64,000 nt of DNA from the human T2T-CHM13v2.0 reference genome, Homo sapiens. The stretch is from assembly GCF_009914755.1 (NCBI RefSeq), contig NC_060935.1. One strand, given 5' to 3'. The translations under genes were made by a program, and so were the position numbers. This document shows, piece by piece, positions 63,073 to 64,000 of the stretch. Within the stretch, counting starts at the first letter, position 1; each line of letters begins with the position of its first letter. A model generated the notes under the pieces. That model was not told where the DNA came from and did no database searches. It worked only from the letters and a program-made list of their open reading frames with translations.

Positions 63073-63457
63073 TGAAATCACTTAATAACCAATCTCATTC
63101 TGGGATGTAGAGCACAAAACTTTGGTCCTGAAAAAGACCTCAGACATCTATTCCAATCACTTCCTTTTACAGATGAAAAACCCGAGGACAGACATTAAAA
63201 GATTTGCCTGGGGTTATTGTTCATAAAGTAAGAATCTATTTTTATTTGCCTGTATGGGTGGCTGTTGCTATTGCCACTATCAGCATTTTGTCAGGTTTCC
63301 TCCAGTTGTAGCACATCTAAAGACTCCACCCATTTGGTGTAGTTTATGTTACCCCAAGCCTCACACCAATCTCTGTGTGATTAAGCTTGCCATGGAGGGC
63401 AAGAAAAGTTAATAAAATCCAATCCCTTGTAGAAAATTACCAAACCGATGAACTCAC

Positions 63458-63492
63458 CGGCCGTAGGGGTATTCTGATATCCAGATGGACAC
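63458..63492 (-). other. Candidate 35-nt microexon (gene unassigned)
   Basis: Minus strand: branch-like ctaat, AG-free run, attctgtcag|GTGTCCATCTGGATATCAGAATACCCCTACGGCCG|gtgagt; local CpG retention. Confidence 0.35.
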
Positions 63493-63813
63493 CTGACAGA
63501 ATCACATCAAATTTTCATGGAGGCAATTAGTTCCCCGCCCTTAGAACCATTAAATTTTATACTAACAATTAAACTCCAGTCTACAACATTAAAATGCGAT
63601 TAGCCCTTCACTAATAATGCATAAGAAACTTCAAGGTGATCATGAGACAGGAGTGAGGAGATCTGAAGTGCAAGAAGATTCATTTTCAGACTGTTTATTG
63701 TGCATTACACTCCACTGGATGAGATGGCAAAATGTCATTGGTGAGACACATTGGCCATTTCTTTTGTTGATATGAGTGGGGAGTTACATATCTCATATCT
63801 TTGACTTACATCA

Positions 63814-63823
<10 letters not shown>

Positions 63824-63865
<42 letters not shown>

Positions 63866-63943
63866 CCTTGTTGAGGTTTGTTTTTTTTTTTTTCTTTTTT
63901 TTTCTTTTTTTTATTATACTCTAAGTTTTAGGGTACATGTGCA
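63824..63943 (-). mobile_element. Extremely 5'-truncated L1HS insertion with 3' transduction
   Basis: Minus strand: TGCACATGTACCCTAAAACTTAGAGTATAAT + interrupted A tail + CAAACCTCAACAAGG + long pure A; TSD caagaaattttt at 63812-63823 and 63942-63953. Confidence 0.9.
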
Positions 63944-64000
63944 AGAAATTTTTAAAAATATGATGTGCTGTTCTGGTTTAGATAGCAGCCAAAAAGGACT

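Overview
Primate genomic DNA, most likely human (Alu J/S/Y elements, L1PA/PB/MA/MC/ME elements, and one insertion with the L1HS-diagnostic 3' base). The window is AT-rich, lacks a CpG island, and is roughly half interspersed repeats, so it looks intronic or intergenic. No protein-coding gene can be supported: the ORF track is essentially repeat-derived or chance. Two small minus-strand candidate exons (63458-63492, 33662-33762) have good splice signals but could not be assigned to a gene. The notable content is retrotransposition and DNA-repair history. (1) A U6 snRNA/L1 chimeric retrocopy bounded by a degenerate TSD. (2) A tiny, very young L1HS insertion with a 15-nt 3' transduction tag and a 47-nt pure tail. 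(3) Several independent locally templated inverted insertions: 188 bp, 48 bp, a mosaic junction with a perfect 26-bp hairpin, and an iterated scar. (4) A near full-length ancient L1MA retaining its TSD. (5) One target site used twice, by an Alu and an L1. I did not find evidence for a new multi-gene system. Repeat subfamily names and boundaries of old repeats are from visual recognition and are approximate.
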